From Kofleriaceae bacterium (GTDB taxonomy: Bacteria > Myxococcota_A > Polyangia > Haliangiales > Haliangiaceae), in NCBI GenBank assembly GCA_046597055.1, contig JBKJLC010000249.1:1-51619 (forward strand): a stretch of 51,619 nucleotides of DNA, in the 5' to 3' direction. Position 1 is the stretch's first letter. Every line of letters starts with the position of its first letter. A program made the position numbers and the translations under genes. The notes beneath the pieces were generated by a model, which made no database searches, was not told the origin of the DNA, and saw nothing but the letters and a program-made list of their open reading frames with translations. This document shows, piece by piece, positions 12,150-23,019 of the stretch.

Positions 12150-15100
12150 GTGGTCGACCACGTTGACGCTCCGCGGGCCCGGACCGACGAGCGATTCGTC
12201 ATTCGAGGCAAGCTCGGCGCCGGCGGGATGGGCGAGGTCTACCGCGTGTTCGATCGGGCCCAGCAGCGCGAGGTCGCGCTCAAGACGCTGAAGGCGACCG
12301 GCGCCCGCGACCTGTACCGCTTCAAGCGCGAGTTCCGGACGCTCGCCGATCTGGCGCACCCGAGCCTGTGCACGCTGCACGAGCTGCACACCAGCGGCGA
12401 CGAGTGGTTCTTCACGATGGAGATGGTGCGCGGGGTCAGCCTGATCGACTGGGTGCGCCCGTCGCAGGACAGCGATCGCCCGTTCCTCGACGGTGATGAC
12501 GACACGGCGCCGCGCCCGCGCGGGCCGCGGTCGCGCTCCGAGATCCTGGCGGCGCCGGTCGACCTCGATCGACTCGAGCGCGCGATCGGTCCGCTGTGCG
12601 ACGGCGTCTACGCGCTGCACGCGGCCGGCAAGCTGCACCGTGATCTCAAGCCGTCGAACGTGATGGTCGAGCCGACCGGCCGGGTCGTGCTGGTCGACTT
12701 CGGCCTCACCGCCGACGTCGATCAGCTGGTGGTCGATCGCACCCACGAGCGCGCGGCGGTCGGCACGCCCGCCTACATGTCGCCCGAGCAGGCGGCCGAT
12801 CTGCCGCTGACCGCGGCCAGCGACTGGTACGCGGTGGGCGTGATGATCTACGAGGCGCTGACCGGCCGGCGGCCGTTCGAGGGCCGCGCCGACGAGGTCA
12901 TGCGGCGCAAGCAGAGCGACCACCCGCCGCGCCCGCAGCAGCTCGCGCCCGAGACGCCGGCTTACCTCGACGAGCTGTGCATGGCGCTGCTGTCGGCCGA
13001 TCCGACCGCTCGGCCCGACGGCCCGGCCGTCCTCGACGCGCTCGGCCGCGAGCCGTCGATGGCGACCGCCACGGTCGAGCGGACCAGCGGCGTGCTGGCC
13101 TTCGTCGGCCGCGACGCGCAGCTCGGCGTGCTGCAGCGGGCGCTGCTCGACTCGCGCCGCGCCGGCGTCGCCGTGCTGGTGCGCGGGGCCTCGGGGATGG
13201 GCAAGTCCGCGCTGGTGACCCACTTCCTCGCCGGCGTCGGCGATGCGCTGGTCCTGTCGGGCCGCTGCTACGAGCGCGAGAACGTGCCGTACAAGACGCT
13301 CGACACGTTGATCGACGCGCTCACCACCGCGCTGCTCGCGCTGTCGCCCGGCGACCTCGCCCCCGTGCTGCCGCGCGAGGTCGGCGCGCTGGCCCGCCTG
13401 TTTCCCGTGCTGCGCCGGGTCCCGCAGATCGCCGAGCCGGCGGTGCGCAGCTTCCAGCCCGCCGACCCGCAGGAGCTCCGCGTGCGTGCGTGGAGCGCGC
13501 TGCGCGCGATCCTGGCCCGGCTGGCGTCGATGCGTCCGCTGGTGCTGTGCGTCGACGATCTGCAGTGGGGCGATCTCGACAGCGCGACCTTCCTGGGCGA
13601 CCTGATCGCGCGCCCCGACCGGCCGCCCATGCTGGTGGTGCTGGTCCATCGTAGCGAGGACATCGAGAGTCCGCTGGTGCTCGAGGTGCAGAAGCGCGCG
13701 GCCAGCTCGCCGGTGCCGGTCGACGTCCGCACGCTCGACCTGCCGCCGCTCGGGCTCGACGAGGCCCGCGACCTGGTGCGGACGCTGTCGGGGACCGAGG
13801 AGGACGACACCGACTGGGCCGGCAGCCTGGTCCGCGACGCCGGCGGCAACACGCTGTTCCTGGCCGAGCTCGCGCGCTCGGCCGGGACCGCCGGCGGCGC
13901 GACCACGCTCGACGAGCTGCTGCGAACCCGCATCGCGCGGCTGCCCGACCACGCCCGCGCGCTGCTCGAGGCGTGCGCGGTCGCGGGCCGGCCCATGGCG
14001 AACGAGGTCGCGGCGCGCGCCGCCGGGCTGGTCGATCCGAGCGGCGCACTCGCGGTGCTGCGCGCCGAGCGCATGGTCCGCGCCGGCCAGGGCGACAGCG
14101 ACCGGCTCGAGCCGTTCCACGATCGGGTCCGCGCCGCGGTGGTCGACGAGCTCGACACCGGCGAGCTGGTCGCGGTCCATCGCGGCCTCGCCGACGGCTA
14201 CCTCGCCGCGGTGCCGGTCGCCCACGAGGCGCTGGTCGATCACCTGCTCGGCGCCGGGGTCGGGACCCGCGCCGCCGAGCACGCGGTGTGGGCGGCGGCG
14301 GCCGCCGAGGACGCGCTGGCGTTCCGTCGCGCCGCCGATCTGTACGCGATCGCGCTCGAGTACGGCGATCACGCGGCCGACCGGCGGAGACGGCTGCTGC
14401 GCGCCCGCGCGGTCGCGCTGGTCAACGCCGGCCAGCTGCTCGAGGCCGCGACGGTCTACCAGCAGGCCCAGGCCGCCGGCGCGCCGCCCGACGAGCACTT
14501 CGAGCTCGAGCGCCTGCGGGTCGAGCAGCTCCTGCGTGCCGGGCAGCTGCGGGTCGGCCTGGCCCACGCCCAGGAGCTGCTGGCCGCGATCGGCTACCGG
14601 ATGCCGCAGTCGCGACGGGGCCAGCTGATCAAGCTGCTCGGCCAGCGGGCGGCGCTACGGCTGCGCGGCCTCGGCTTCACCGAGCGAGCCGAGGACACGC
14701 TGCCGATCGAGGAGGTCCGCACCGTCGACGTCCTGTGGTCGATCGCGAGCGGCCTGTCGTTCGCTGACCCGATCGGCGGCAAGCTCGTGCAGCACTGGCA
14801 CCTCCGGCGCGCGCTGGCGCTCGGCGAGCCGCGCCGACTGGCGGCGGCGCTGTCGATCGAGATCGGCTACCTGCTGTCGACCGGCAACCAGGCGGCGGCC
14901 CGGGCTGCGCGGCTCATGGTCCGCGCCCGCGCGGTCGCCGAGACCCACGGCGATCCGTTCCATCGCGGGCTGGTCGAGGCCTCGTGCGGCTTCGGCCACT
15001 TCTTGATCGGCCAGTGGCAGGTCGCGCGCGAGCAGATCGAGGCTGGCCTGCGGCTCATGCGCGATCACGGCGTCAACGCGCGGTGGGAGATCGACATCGT

Positions 15101-15866
15101 CGAGTGCTTCCACATGGCCTCGCTGGTCATGCTCGGCGAGCTGCGCGAGCTGGCCCAGCAGACACCGCGCCTGCTCAACGAGGCCGAGGATCGGGGCGAC
15201 GTCTACGCGCAGCACGGGCTGCGTTCATGGCGCAGCAACCTGGCCTGGCTGGTCATGGGCCGCCCCGAGGACGCACGGGCTCACCTGATCGGCGTCGCCA
15301 ACGAGCGGGGCGATCAGGGCGCCTTCCAGCTCCACGACTACTACCAGCTGGTCAGCAGCGGCAACATCGACCTGTACCTCGGCGACGGCGCGGGCGCGGT
15401 GGCCCGCCTCACGTCGGCGTGGCCGCAGCTCGAGGCCTCGATGCTGCTCCGGGTGCAGAGCGTGGCGATCGAGGCCAACTTCCTGCACGCCCGCGCCGCG
15501 CTGGCCGCGGCCCACGCGTCGTCGAGCCGCAGCGGCAAGCCGGCCCACCTCGCCACCGCGCGCCAGTGTGCGACGCGGCTCGAGCGCGAGCAGGTGGCGT
15601 GGAGCCAGGCGCTCGCCACCTTGGTGCGGGCCGGCATCGCCCACGCCGACGGTGACGTGGTGGCGGCGGTGCCGGGCTACGCCGCGGCCGAGGCTCAGCT
15701 CGCCGCGGCCCAGATGGCCCTGCACGAACGCTCGGCCCGGATGGCCCGCGCCGAGCTGATCGGCGGCGGCGAGGGCGCGGCGCTCGCCGCCGCGGTCGCT
15801 GCGTGGATGCGCGAGCAGACCGTGGCCGACCCGGCCGCGCTCTCGCGCGTCTTCGCGCCGCGGTGA
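12150..15866 (+). CDS. Ser/Thr protein kinase fused to AAA/STAND-type ATPase and TPR-like helical region
   Basis: [33 protein letters not shown]; Walker A GASGMGKS; Walker B LCVDDLQW. Confidence 0.95.
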   Translation: MVDHVDAPRARTDERFVIRGKLGAGGMGEVYRVFDRAQQREVALKTLKATGARDLYRFKREFRTLADLAHPSLCTLHELHTSGDEWFFTMEMVRGVSLIDWVRPSQDSDRPFLDGDDDTAPRPRGPRSRSEILAAPVDLDRLERAIGPLCDGVYALHAAGKLHRDLKPSNVMVEPTGRVVLVDFGLTADVDQLVVDRTHERAAVGTPAYMSPEQAADLPLTAASDWYAVGVMIYEALTGRRPFEGRADEVMRRKQSDHPPRPQQLAPETPAYLDELCMALLSADPTARPDGPAVLDALGREPSMATATVERTSGVLAFVGRDAQLGVLQRALLDSRRAGVAVLVRGASGMGKSALVTHFLAGVGDALVLSGRCYERENVPYKTLDTLIDALTTALLALSPGDLAPVLPREVGALARLFPVLRRVPQIAEPAVRSFQPADPQELRVRAWSALRAILARLASMRPLVLCVDDLQWGDLDSATFLGDLIARPDRPPMLVVLVHRSEDIESPLVLEVQKRAASSPVPVDVRTLDLPPLGLDEARDLVRTLSGTEEDDTDWAGSLVRDAGGNTLFLAELARSAGTAGGATTLDELLRTRIARLPDHARALLEACAVAGRPMANEVAARAAGLVDPSGALAVLRAERMVRAGQGDSDRLEPFHDRVRAAVVDELDTGELVAVHRGLADGYLAAVPVAHEALVDHLLGAGVGTRAAEHAVWAAAAAEDALAFRRAADLYAIALEYGDHAADRRRRLLRARAVALVNAGQLLEAATVYQQAQAAGAPPDEHFELERLRVEQLLRAGQLRVGLAHAQELLAAIGYRMPQSRRGQLIKLLGQRAALRLRGLGFTERAEDTLPIEEVRTVDVLWSIASGLSFADPIGGKLVQHWHLRRALALGEPRRLAAALSIEIGYLLSTGNQAAARAARLMVRARAVAETHGDPFHRGLVEASCGFGHFLIGQWQVAREQIEAGLRLMRDHGVNARWEIDIVECFHMASLVMLGELRELAQQTPRLLNEAEDRGDVYAQHGLRSWRSNLAWLVMGRPEDARAHLIGVANERGDQGAFQLHDYYQLVSSGNIDLYLGDGAGAVARLTSAWPQLEASMLLRVQSVAIEANFLHARAALAAAHASSSRSGKPAHLATARQCATRLEREQVAWSQALATLVRAGIAHADGDVVAAVPGYAAAEAQLAAAQMALHERSARMARAELIGGGEGAALAAAVAAWMREQTVADPAALSRVFAPR

Positions 15867-15963
15867 GCCGGCCCGCAGGCCGAGCCATCGACGCGCCGAC
15901 CCGCGGCGCGCGCGCCGGTGTCGCCAGACGGTCGCATGACCCGGATCCATCGATTCGCGGGCC

Positions 15964-16617
15964 TCAGCAGCCCGGGAAGCAGGCGGTGCCCATGCGGGCC
16001 GCGGCCTGGGCCCGGGTGGCGCCGGCGAGCTCGATCACGGTGAAGACGGCGGTCCGCGCGGCCAGCTGCAGCGCCGGCGTGGTCGCGTAGCGGGCGAGCA
16101 GGCGCTGCCCGAGCAGCTGGTGGGCGCGCTCGTCGGGCTGGATGTACTCGCGGTAGATGCGGACCGTCTCGTCGTCGCCGCGCGCGGCGCAGAACGCCAT
16201 GAAGTTCTCGTTCACGCCGTAGGCGATCGACTCCAGCGTGAACAGGCCGGCGGCGACCCGCTCCACCGTGGTCGTCAGGCGCTTCAGGTACGCGAACAGC
16301 GGGTTCTCGCCGGGCGGCTGGAAGTCGACCAGCTCGAAGCCCAGCGCGGCCAGCCGATCGGCGACCAGCTGGAAGTGTCCGGCCTCGTCGCCGGCCTGGC
16401 GGGCGAACGCGAGCTTGACGTCGAGCTCGGGCGTGGTCGGCATCCAGGCCGCGGCCAGCTCGCTCACGCTGATCTCGTTGGCGAGCGCCACCTGCAGCAT
16501 GCGGGTCGCATCGCCGGGTGAGGCTTCGGTCAGCGAGGTCCGGCCGGCCCCGACGATGGGAGCCAGGCGCTCGGCCTTGGCGGCCTCGAGTTCCTCGACG
16601 AACGCGGTGGAGTCCAT
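15964..16617 (-). CDS. Ferritin-like di-iron domain protein
   Basis: ALANE...GDEAGH and TLESIA...PDERAH paired E/ExxH ligands; C-terminal CFPGC. Confidence 0.85.
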   Translation of the reverse strand: MDSTAFVEELEAAKAERLAPIVGAGRTSLTEASPGDATRMLQVALANEISVSELAAAWMPTTPELDVKLAFARQAGDEAGHFQLVADRLAALGFELVDFQPPGENPLFAYLKRLTTTVERVAAGLFTLESIAYGVNENFMAFCAARGDDETVRIYREYIQPDERAHQLLGQRLLARYATTPALQLAARTAVFTVIELAGATRAQAAARMGTACFPGC

Positions 16618-16692
16618 GCGCGACCATACTCGAGCCGCGGCGACCCTGCGACCCGGCCCGCCGCATCCCGTCGGGCGCGGTAGGCTCCCGGG

Positions 16693-17388
16693 ATGATGTC
16701 CGCGAGCGGCAAGTCGACGCAGCACCTCCTCGACGAGGTTCAGGGCCTGGCGCCGCTCGACGGGTTCGCGGTCGACCACTTCCTGGGCCAGCTGGCCGAC
16801 GAGCTCGCGGCCGACGACGCCGCGACCCTGGCCGGCCTCGAGGCCCGCGACGGTCGCCTGCGCGCGGCGCTCGCCGCGATCGACGCCTTCGCCAGCAAGA
16901 GCATGCGCATCCGCCTCGACCACGTGCTCGCGGCCGATACCTCGGTCGCGGGGCGGTTTCGTACCTACCTCGCGACCACCATCATCGATTACGACGGCGA
17001 CCTCGGGCTGCTACGCCAGCGGGTGGCGGCCGCCGCGGCCCGGGTCGACCCCCGCGGAGCCGCCGACCTCGCCGCGACCGTCGCCGACGCGGCCGGACAG
17101 GTGCTCGCGGTCCGCGCCGAGCTGCGCCGTGGCGTCCTGGCCCTGGCCCGTGACCTCGCTGCCGCGAGCGTCGTCGCCGCGCAGCACGCCGCCCGTGACC
17201 ATGGCCGCGACGATGCCGAGCGGCTGCGCTGGAGCGCGGCGCGCCGCGACCTCGAGCGCGTGGTCGAGCGACCCGAGCACCTCGCCGAGCACGACTGGGC
17301 CGCGCGGCTGCGGGCCTTGCCGCGCGTCGACGAGACCCCGGAGGAAGCCCCAGCGCTGACCCGCGGCGAGCTGCTCGAGCTGGACTGA
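16693..17388 (+). CDS. Hypothetical all-helical protein
   Basis: GC3-biased 231-aa ORF divergent from the ferritin-like gene; TAGGCT 6 nt before ATG. Confidence 0.75.
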   Translation: MMSASGKSTQHLLDEVQGLAPLDGFAVDHFLGQLADELAADDAATLAGLEARDGRLRAALAAIDAFASKSMRIRLDHVLAADTSVAGRFRTYLATTIIDYDGDLGLLRQRVAAAAARVDPRGAADLAATVADAAGQVLAVRAELRRGVLALARDLAAASVVAAQHAARDHGRDDAERLRWSAARRDLERVVERPEHLAEHDWAARLRALPRVDETPEEAPALTRGELLELD

Positions 17389-17469
17389 GCGTCACCGCAC
17401 CCGCCGGCGTTGGCGGGTCGCCAAAACGAGCGCCTGGATTGCCCCTGTCCGCCGCGCCATACTGGTCTC

Positions 17470-17640
17470 ATGGGCGTCGAATACGGACAGAATGGACTCG
17501 GTGACGCGACCGAGACGCGGGCGATGGGTGCGCGGGCGCGAACCCGGCAGGAGGCGGTCAGCGGCCGTGCGTTCTTCGTCGCGCTGCTGCTGATCGTCGC
17601 GGCGCTGGCCGGGTTCGGGTTGCTGCTGCGGCTCGGCTGA
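17470..17640 (+). CDS. Small single-TM membrane protein
   Basis: C-terminal AFFVALLLIVAALAGFGLLL; CATACT 6 nt before ATG. Confidence 0.5.
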   Translation: MGVEYGQNGLGDATETRAMGARARTRQEAVSGRAFFVALLLIVAALAGFGLLLRLG

Positions 17641-17748
17641 CCGCGCGCACGAGCTCGCTTGCGCGTGCGGTGCATCACGGGCCTCGGACCCGTGGCTTGC
17701 ATCCTCGATGCGCATCATCGGTTCTCCCGATCGCGCGCGGCCTGCGGC

Positions 17749-19104
17749 TCAGGGCATCAGCTGGAGCGCGGACGCGGCGGGGTCGACGTCGCCGGCGGCG
17801 CCGGCGCCGGCGGCGCTGGCGTCGATCACGAGGTCGTCGGTCAGCACGTTGACGCCGTTCTCCCACCGCGCGTTCGCCATCCGCACCGCGTAGTGCTCGT
17901 CGAGCTCGGGGACCCGGAGCCGCGGATCGGCGTCGGGCAACCACAGGCCGAGCCGGTGCCGGCCCGGGGTCGTGCTGGCCGGGATGCGCAGCCGGACCGT
18001 GATCGTGACCGGGCGGCCGGGCTCCCAGCGCCGCGGGTCGACCGGGGTGGCGACGCTGGCGTCGTCGAGCGTGAGGTAGACCGGTCGCGCGTTGTACATC
18101 GCCGCGTAGCCGGTGTTGGTGAGCCGGATCGTCAGGGTGAGGCGCCCACCGGGCGCGACCTTGCTGTCCATCGTCACCGACGTCAGCTCGAGCCGGTAGC
18201 CGAGGTCCCGCGCGATCTCGGAGAAGCAGCCGCGGTCGCGCCAGCCGGCGATCACCTCGCGGTGATAGAGCGAGTTGAGGAACGACCAGTGCAGTCGCGC
18301 CAGCTCGGCCTTGGCGGTCGGACAGTCGCTGCGGGGCGGGTTGTACTGGCAGGTTTCGCCGCCGATCGGCGTGAACCGACCCTCCTGGGCGACGAAGTCC
18401 TTCCAGGTCTCGATGGGATCGGGGTAGGTGCCGAGGTCGTTGTCGCTGGCGAGGAAGCAGCTGTTGTGATGACCGACCCGCGACGCCGGCGCGCCGCTGT
18501 GGGCCTGGGCCTCGCCCAGCTGGCCGGTGAACGCGCCCACCTTGTACAGCGGGCTGCGCACGGTGGTGCTGCGGGTCGGCGGCAGCGCCGCGAGGATCGC
18601 GGCGATGATGTCGTTGCGAGCCGCGACGTTGTCGAGCCCGTTGGTCGAGCTGTGCCACTCGCCCCAGGCCCCGATGAACCCGGCGTCCATCACCGCGATC
18701 ACGTCCGCGTTGTCGTGGAGCACCGGCCTCAGCTGGGCCAGATGGGCCAGGATCTGCGCCTTGGGCGCGTCGGCGCCGTCGTACGAGTCGTTGTAGACGA
18801 ACCGGAGCACCACCTTGATGCCGGCGGCCCGGATCCGGGCGAATCCGGTGGTCAGCGCCTCGAGCAGGACCGGCGACAGCGCGGTCGTGCGGTAGGCGTC
18901 GAGCCGCACGCCGGCGTAGCCGAGCGTGTAGCCCTGCGCGCGCACGTAGGCGAAGTCGCGCCCGTTGATCAGGTCGACGTCGACCACGAACCCGCGCTCC
19001 GGATTCGTGATCTCCCACGTGCTGCGCGGGAAGTGCACCGTCGTCGTCGCGGAGGTGCCGCATGCCCCGACCAGGACGAGCGCGATCAGCGCGGCGACGC
19101 GCAG
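17749..19104 (-). CDS. DUF4832/DUF4874-type glycoside-hydrolase-like lipoprotein
   Basis: NPERGF, GIKVVLRFVY, AGFIGAWGEWH, RVGHHNSCFLAS, IGGETC, LGYRL; in-frame upstream signal LRVAALIALVLVGAC. Confidence 0.8.
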   Translation of the reverse strand: MRVAALIALVLVGACGTSATTTVHFPRSTWEITNPERGFVVDVDLINGRDFAYVRAQGYTLGYAGVRLDAYRTTALSPVLLEALTTGFARIRAAGIKVVLRFVYNDSYDGADAPKAQILAHLAQLRPVLHDNADVIAVMDAGFIGAWGEWHSSTNGLDNVAARNDIIAAILAALPPTRSTTVRSPLYKVGAFTGQLGEAQAHSGAPASRVGHHNSCFLASDNDLGTYPDPIETWKDFVAQEGRFTPIGGETCQYNPPRSDCPTAKAELARLHWSFLNSLYHREVIAGWRDRGCFSEIARDLGYRLELTSVTMDSKVAPGGRLTLTIRLTNTGYAAMYNARPVYLTLDDASVATPVDPRRWEPGRPVTITVRLRIPASTTPGRHRLGLWLPDADPRLRVPELDEHYAVRMANARWENGVNVLTDDLVIDASAAGAGAAGDVDPAASALQLMP

Positions 19105-19235
19105 GTTGGGGACGCCGTGAGAGCCAGGGGAACGCAGCCGACGTGGAGCCTAGCGCATCCCGGCACGGCGTCGACCGTGCGCCAGCGCGCGGTCGGGACC
19201 CGCGAGGCTGGTCGGGCGGTGAGCCGGCACGCCCA

Positions 19236-20411
19236 CTAGCGAAACGCGGCCGCGGTCGCGGTCAGGAGGGCGCCGCGGGCGCCGCCGGCCGCGGCTGACC
19301 GATAGCCCTGGTTGATGGTCCAGATGATCGCGCCGCCCAGGCCCTCGGCGCGCACGTAGGCGCCCTTGGCCGCGATCGACCGCTCGTCCTCGTACGACAG
19401 GAACGTACAGCGGCGCGGGCCGTTGCCGCCGGCCCAGGCCAGGTACGGCGCCTCGGCGGTGGGGTCGTACTGGTAGGCGCTGGGCTGGTGGTACGTATCC
19501 ATGATCGCGGCGTAGCTCATCTCGTTGTCGCTCGCGACGACGCCGCCGGTCGGCTCCTGCCCGGGCGCGGTCGCGCCGCCGGCCCAGCACGAGCCGTAGT
19601 AGCCGATGCCGACGCCGAGCTTTCCAGCGGGCACGCCTGCGCCGCGGTAGGCGTCGATGCTCGACCCGACCGACGAGGGATTGCGCGCGCCGGCGCCGCG
19701 CAGCGCCGACGAGTGCCAGGTGACCCAGCCCGGCCACGCGTCGGCCATGCTGTAGGTCATCAGGTTGATCTGGTCGAGTTGCCGGGCGACCTGGGCATAG
19801 AACGGGCTGACCGTCTCGCCGCCGCCGACCCAGCCGACCGGGAGGGTGAGAACGATCGACGGCCGCGCCGCGCGCAGGTCGGCGATCAGCTGCCGCAGCG
19901 GCGCCTCGTCGGCGGCGGTGATCGGCTCCCAGTCGAGATCGAGCCCGTCGTAGCCGTAGGCGTCCATCGCGGCCAGCAGATTTCCGACGAACGCGGTGCG
20001 CCGCGCGGGCGCCGCCGCGCTGACCCAGTTGTCGTGCTCGCCCGCGCCGCCGATCATCAAGATCGACGTGACGCCGGCCGCGCGCGCGCGGGTCGCCAGG
20101 TCGCGGGCCATGGCCGGCCCCTGGGTCGCGTCGATGTCGAAGGTCGACGTCAAGCCGCCGTCGGCGCGCGGCGTGATGCGGCCGACGACCAGGTGGGTGA
20201 GGCTGGCGTAGTCGACCGCGGCCGGCGGGTACAGGTCGCGCTGGTAGCCGACGTAGTAGCCGGTCACCCAGCGCTCGGACCCGGGGTCGCCCCCGCCATC
20301 GCGGCCGGCACCCGCATCGACCTCGCCCGGGACGTCGTCGCCGCCGCCGGTGGCGGACCCGCCGCAGGCCATGGTGGACAGGATCAAGACCGCGGCGAGG
20401 ACGTGGCGCAT
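19236..20411 (-). CDS. GH18 chitinase-like lipoprotein
   Basis: Catalytic motif YGYDGLDLDWE; INLMTY; GLGGAIIWTI; lipobox TMAC. Confidence 0.93.
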   Translation of the reverse strand: MRHVLAAVLILSTMACGGSATGGGDDVPGEVDAGAGRDGGGDPGSERWVTGYYVGYQRDLYPPAAVDYASLTHLVVGRITPRADGGLTSTFDIDATQGPAMARDLATRARAAGVTSILMIGGAGEHDNWVSAAAPARRTAFVGNLLAAMDAYGYDGLDLDWEPITAADEAPLRQLIADLRAARPSIVLTLPVGWVGGGETVSPFYAQVARQLDQINLMTYSMADAWPGWVTWHSSALRGAGARNPSSVGSSIDAYRGAGVPAGKLGVGIGYYGSCWAGGATAPGQEPTGGVVASDNEMSYAAIMDTYHQPSAYQYDPTAEAPYLAWAGGNGPRRCTFLSYEDERSIAAKGAYVRAEGLGGAIIWTINQGYRSAAAGGARGALLTATAAAFR

Positions 20412-20423
20412 GACCCGGACTAC

Positions 20424-20439
20424 AGCACCTCGCGTGCCA
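20424..20439 (-). promoter_or_regulatory. Putative sigma54 -24/-12 promoter
   Basis: Minus strand TGGCACGCGAGGTGCT, 12 nt before ATG 20411. Confidence 0.7.
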
Positions 20440-20599
20440 CCGGTGACCGTGCGAGATCATGGACGTGCTCGGGCCGCCGGTTGTCGCCCGCAGTCCACAC
20501 CTGCGGCCGGGAGGCGCGGCTGGTGGCCCCCGGCGTCGCGTGCAGCTGCCCCCAGGGCTGGTTCGCATCGGAGGGTCAACCCGCGTCGGACGCTTGCGC

Positions 20600-21012
20600 G
20601 GCGGATCGTGCGGGTGCCCGGCGTCTTCGCGCCTGACGAGGTCGAGGCGATGCGCGCGTCCGTGTGGCAGGTGCTCGCGGCGCATGGCGTCATTCGCGAC
20701 GACCCGGCGACCTGGTCAGCCGGCGGCGGGCTCCCGCTGGTGGAGCTGGCTGGCGCGCTGCGACCGGGGCCCGTCAGCGAGGCCACCCCGTGGAGCGTCG
20801 GTCGGGCCGCCGCGTTCGCGTCGGTGCCCGCTGCGCTCGCCGCGGTGGTGGACGCGGTGCTTGGCGTCGGATGCTGGGCGCCGGTCGCGCACCAGCACGG
20901 GGGCCTGGCCGCACCCAACTTACCGATCCGCCACGCCCGCTGGAATGTGCCCGACGTGGCCTGGCACCTCGACGAGCCGACCGCCGCCGGTTCGGCGCGT
21001 CGCCTCCGCTGA
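20600..21012 (+). pseudogene. Truncated phytanoyl-CoA dioxygenase (PhyH)-like fragment
   Basis: IVRVPGVFAPDEVEAMRASVW...DDPATW...WNVPDVAWHLDEP (HxD), then stop; lacks the C-terminal half and a clear start. Confidence 0.6.
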
Positions 21013-21130
21013 CGCGCCCGCCCGCGAATCGTCAGTCGCCACGCAACCGCGCGGGAGGTCGCTCGATAGGAGCGCGCTGAGAGCCTGGAACCAGCCACGC
21101 CGCCGGTCACGCCGGCCGCAGGAGACTCAC

Positions 21131-21604
21131 ATGCGCATCGATCGTCGCGGACTCGCTTCGTGCCTCACCGTCACCCTCGCACTGATGACCACGGCCTGTA
21201 CGGTCAAGCTCAACGGCAAGACCTACGGCTCCGGATCGACCCCGAGCGCCTCGCATGCGGCGCCGGCACCGGGACCCTCGACGTCGGCGCCCGCGGCGCC
21301 CGCGACCGCGCGCACCCCCGCCACGTCGAACGCTGGTGACGAGGTCCCGGCCGCGCGCAGCCACACCGACTCACCGCTGCCCGCGCAGGGGACCGGCGCC
21401 AACCCGACGCTCGCCAATACCGACAACGACGGCTACGACTACGAGGTCGAGTGCGACGGGTCGCTGGAGCGCGCGAGCATCCCGCCCCGTGAGGTCGGCG
21501 TCAGCTTCAGCCAGGGCTGCACGATCCGGATCGTCGGCGTCGAGCAGCGTCTGACGGCCAGCATGACGTGCGAGATCCGGGACGGCGCGCTGACCTGCGA
21601 GTGA
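21131..21604 (+). CDS. Hypothetical lipoprotein with Pro/Ala linker and small Cys-containing C-terminal domain
   Basis: GGAG RBS; signal ...LALMTTAC; low-complexity linker; 4 Cys in C-terminal domain. Confidence 0.75.
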   Translation: MRIDRRGLASCLTVTLALMTTACTVKLNGKTYGSGSTPSASHAAPAPGPSTSAPAAPATARTPATSNAGDEVPAARSHTDSPLPAQGTGANPTLANTDNDGYDYEVECDGSLERASIPPREVGVSFSQGCTIRIVGVEQRLTASMTCEIRDGALTCE

Positions 21605-21634
21605 GCCACGCCACCGCACCGCCCCGGCGCGGGC

Positions 21635-22828
21635 TCACCGGCGCAGCTTCGACAGCGCCGCGTCCCGGATCTCTCGTCGCGCGTGCTGGCTCGCGCGCTC
21701 GAGCGCGGCCCGCGAGGCCTCGGGTTGCGTCGAGGCGAGCCAGTCGATCCGATCGATGACCGCGGCGACCACCTTGGTCGAGCGGTCGTCGACGGCGGCT
21801 TCCAGCGGGGCCAGCGCGGCCAGATCGTGCACCGCGATCGCGAACAGCGCGTCCGCGCGGGCCAGGCGCGCGCGTTCGTCGCGACCCGGCTTGCGGTCGA
21901 GCGCCGCGATCAGGTCGGCGGCCGGCACGGCCAGGGAGGCGAGCGCGCCGACGGCGTGGCCGACCAGCTCCGGATCCGAAGCCAGCGACCACAGCGCGGC
22001 CCGACGCGCTTCGATCGGCCCGTCCAGCGCCGCGATCGCGGTGACCACGTGCCACGTGACCGCCCGGTCACCGGCCAGGGCGAGCAGCACCGGCAGGACG
22101 CGGTCGGCGGCGCCACGGACATTTCCGACCGCGACGATGAGGGCGGACCTGGGCACGGTCGCCAGGGTTCGGGCGAGCGCGGCCTGCAGCGCTGGCAGGA
22201 TCTCGGCGGGCAGCGGGTCGCGCTCGGCCAGCGCGGACGCGGCGTGCTCGGCGAGCGTCGGGTCCTCGAGCCAGCCCGCGAGCTCGACCACGGAGCCCGC
22301 GTGTCGCAGGAGCTTGATGCCCACCCGGCGCCGGGCGGGATCGCGCAGGGCTCGCCGTCCGAGCTCGGCCAGCGCCGCCTGATCGGGGTCGACCTTACCG
22401 AGCGCGTCGGCGGCAAAGCCGGCGATACGACGATCCAGATCGTCGAGTGTCGCGCGCAGCGCCGGAATGAGCTGGCGGGCGCCTGGGCCTGCCTTGGCCA
22501 TCGCGTCGATCGCGTGCATCCGGCCGCTCGGGCTGCGGTCGTCAAGCGCCGTCTCGAGCGCGGCGACCATCCCGGGGGCCAGGGCCTGCCCGTCCAGGCG
22601 CTCTGCCGCTTGCGCCTCGGCAAACAGCTGGCGCAGGGGCCCGCGAAACACGGTCCGGGCCCGGGCGTAGGTCGGGAAGGGGGGGCACCAGAACGCGACC
22701 CGCCAGGTGCCGATGCGCTCCTCACGCCACACGCCCGGGAGGGCCACATCGACCTTCGCGAGGGTCGCCGCGAACACCCGGCCCGCGGCGTCGGCGTCGT
22801 GGATGGCGGGGAGGATCCGCGTGCTCAT
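21635..22828 (-). CDS. HEAT/PBS-lyase repeat protein
   Basis: Repeated helical units LIPALRATLDD..RIAGFAADALG, VLPVLLALAGD, LEAAVDDRSTKV. Confidence 0.72.
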   Translation of the reverse strand: MSTRILPAIHDADAAGRVFAATLAKVDVALPGVWREERIGTWRVAFWCPPFPTYARARTVFRGPLRQLFAEAQAAERLDGQALAPGMVAALETALDDRSPSGRMHAIDAMAKAGPGARQLIPALRATLDDLDRRIAGFAADALGKVDPDQAALAELGRRALRDPARRRVGIKLLRHAGSVVELAGWLEDPTLAEHAASALAERDPLPAEILPALQAALARTLATVPRSALIVAVGNVRGAADRVLPVLLALAGDRAVTWHVVTAIAALDGPIEARRAALWSLASDPELVGHAVGALASLAVPAADLIAALDRKPGRDERARLARADALFAIAVHDLAALAPLEAAVDDRSTKVVAAVIDRIDWLASTQPEASRAALERASQHARREIRDAALSKLRR

Positions 22829-23019
22829 CGCGACGAGTAGCGCACACCGGCGGTCGCTCCGCAGCCGCCAGCGCCTGCACCCATCGGCACCGATCGGCAC
22901 GGTGGCGCCGCGCCGCCGGGCCGTCGTCGCTGGCGGGGCGCGCGCCAATCGCGGGGACCCCTGGCGGCGTCTATAGTCCCGCCGCCGCGCCGCTCGTCGC
23001 GCGCAAGCCCGGAGTTGCC

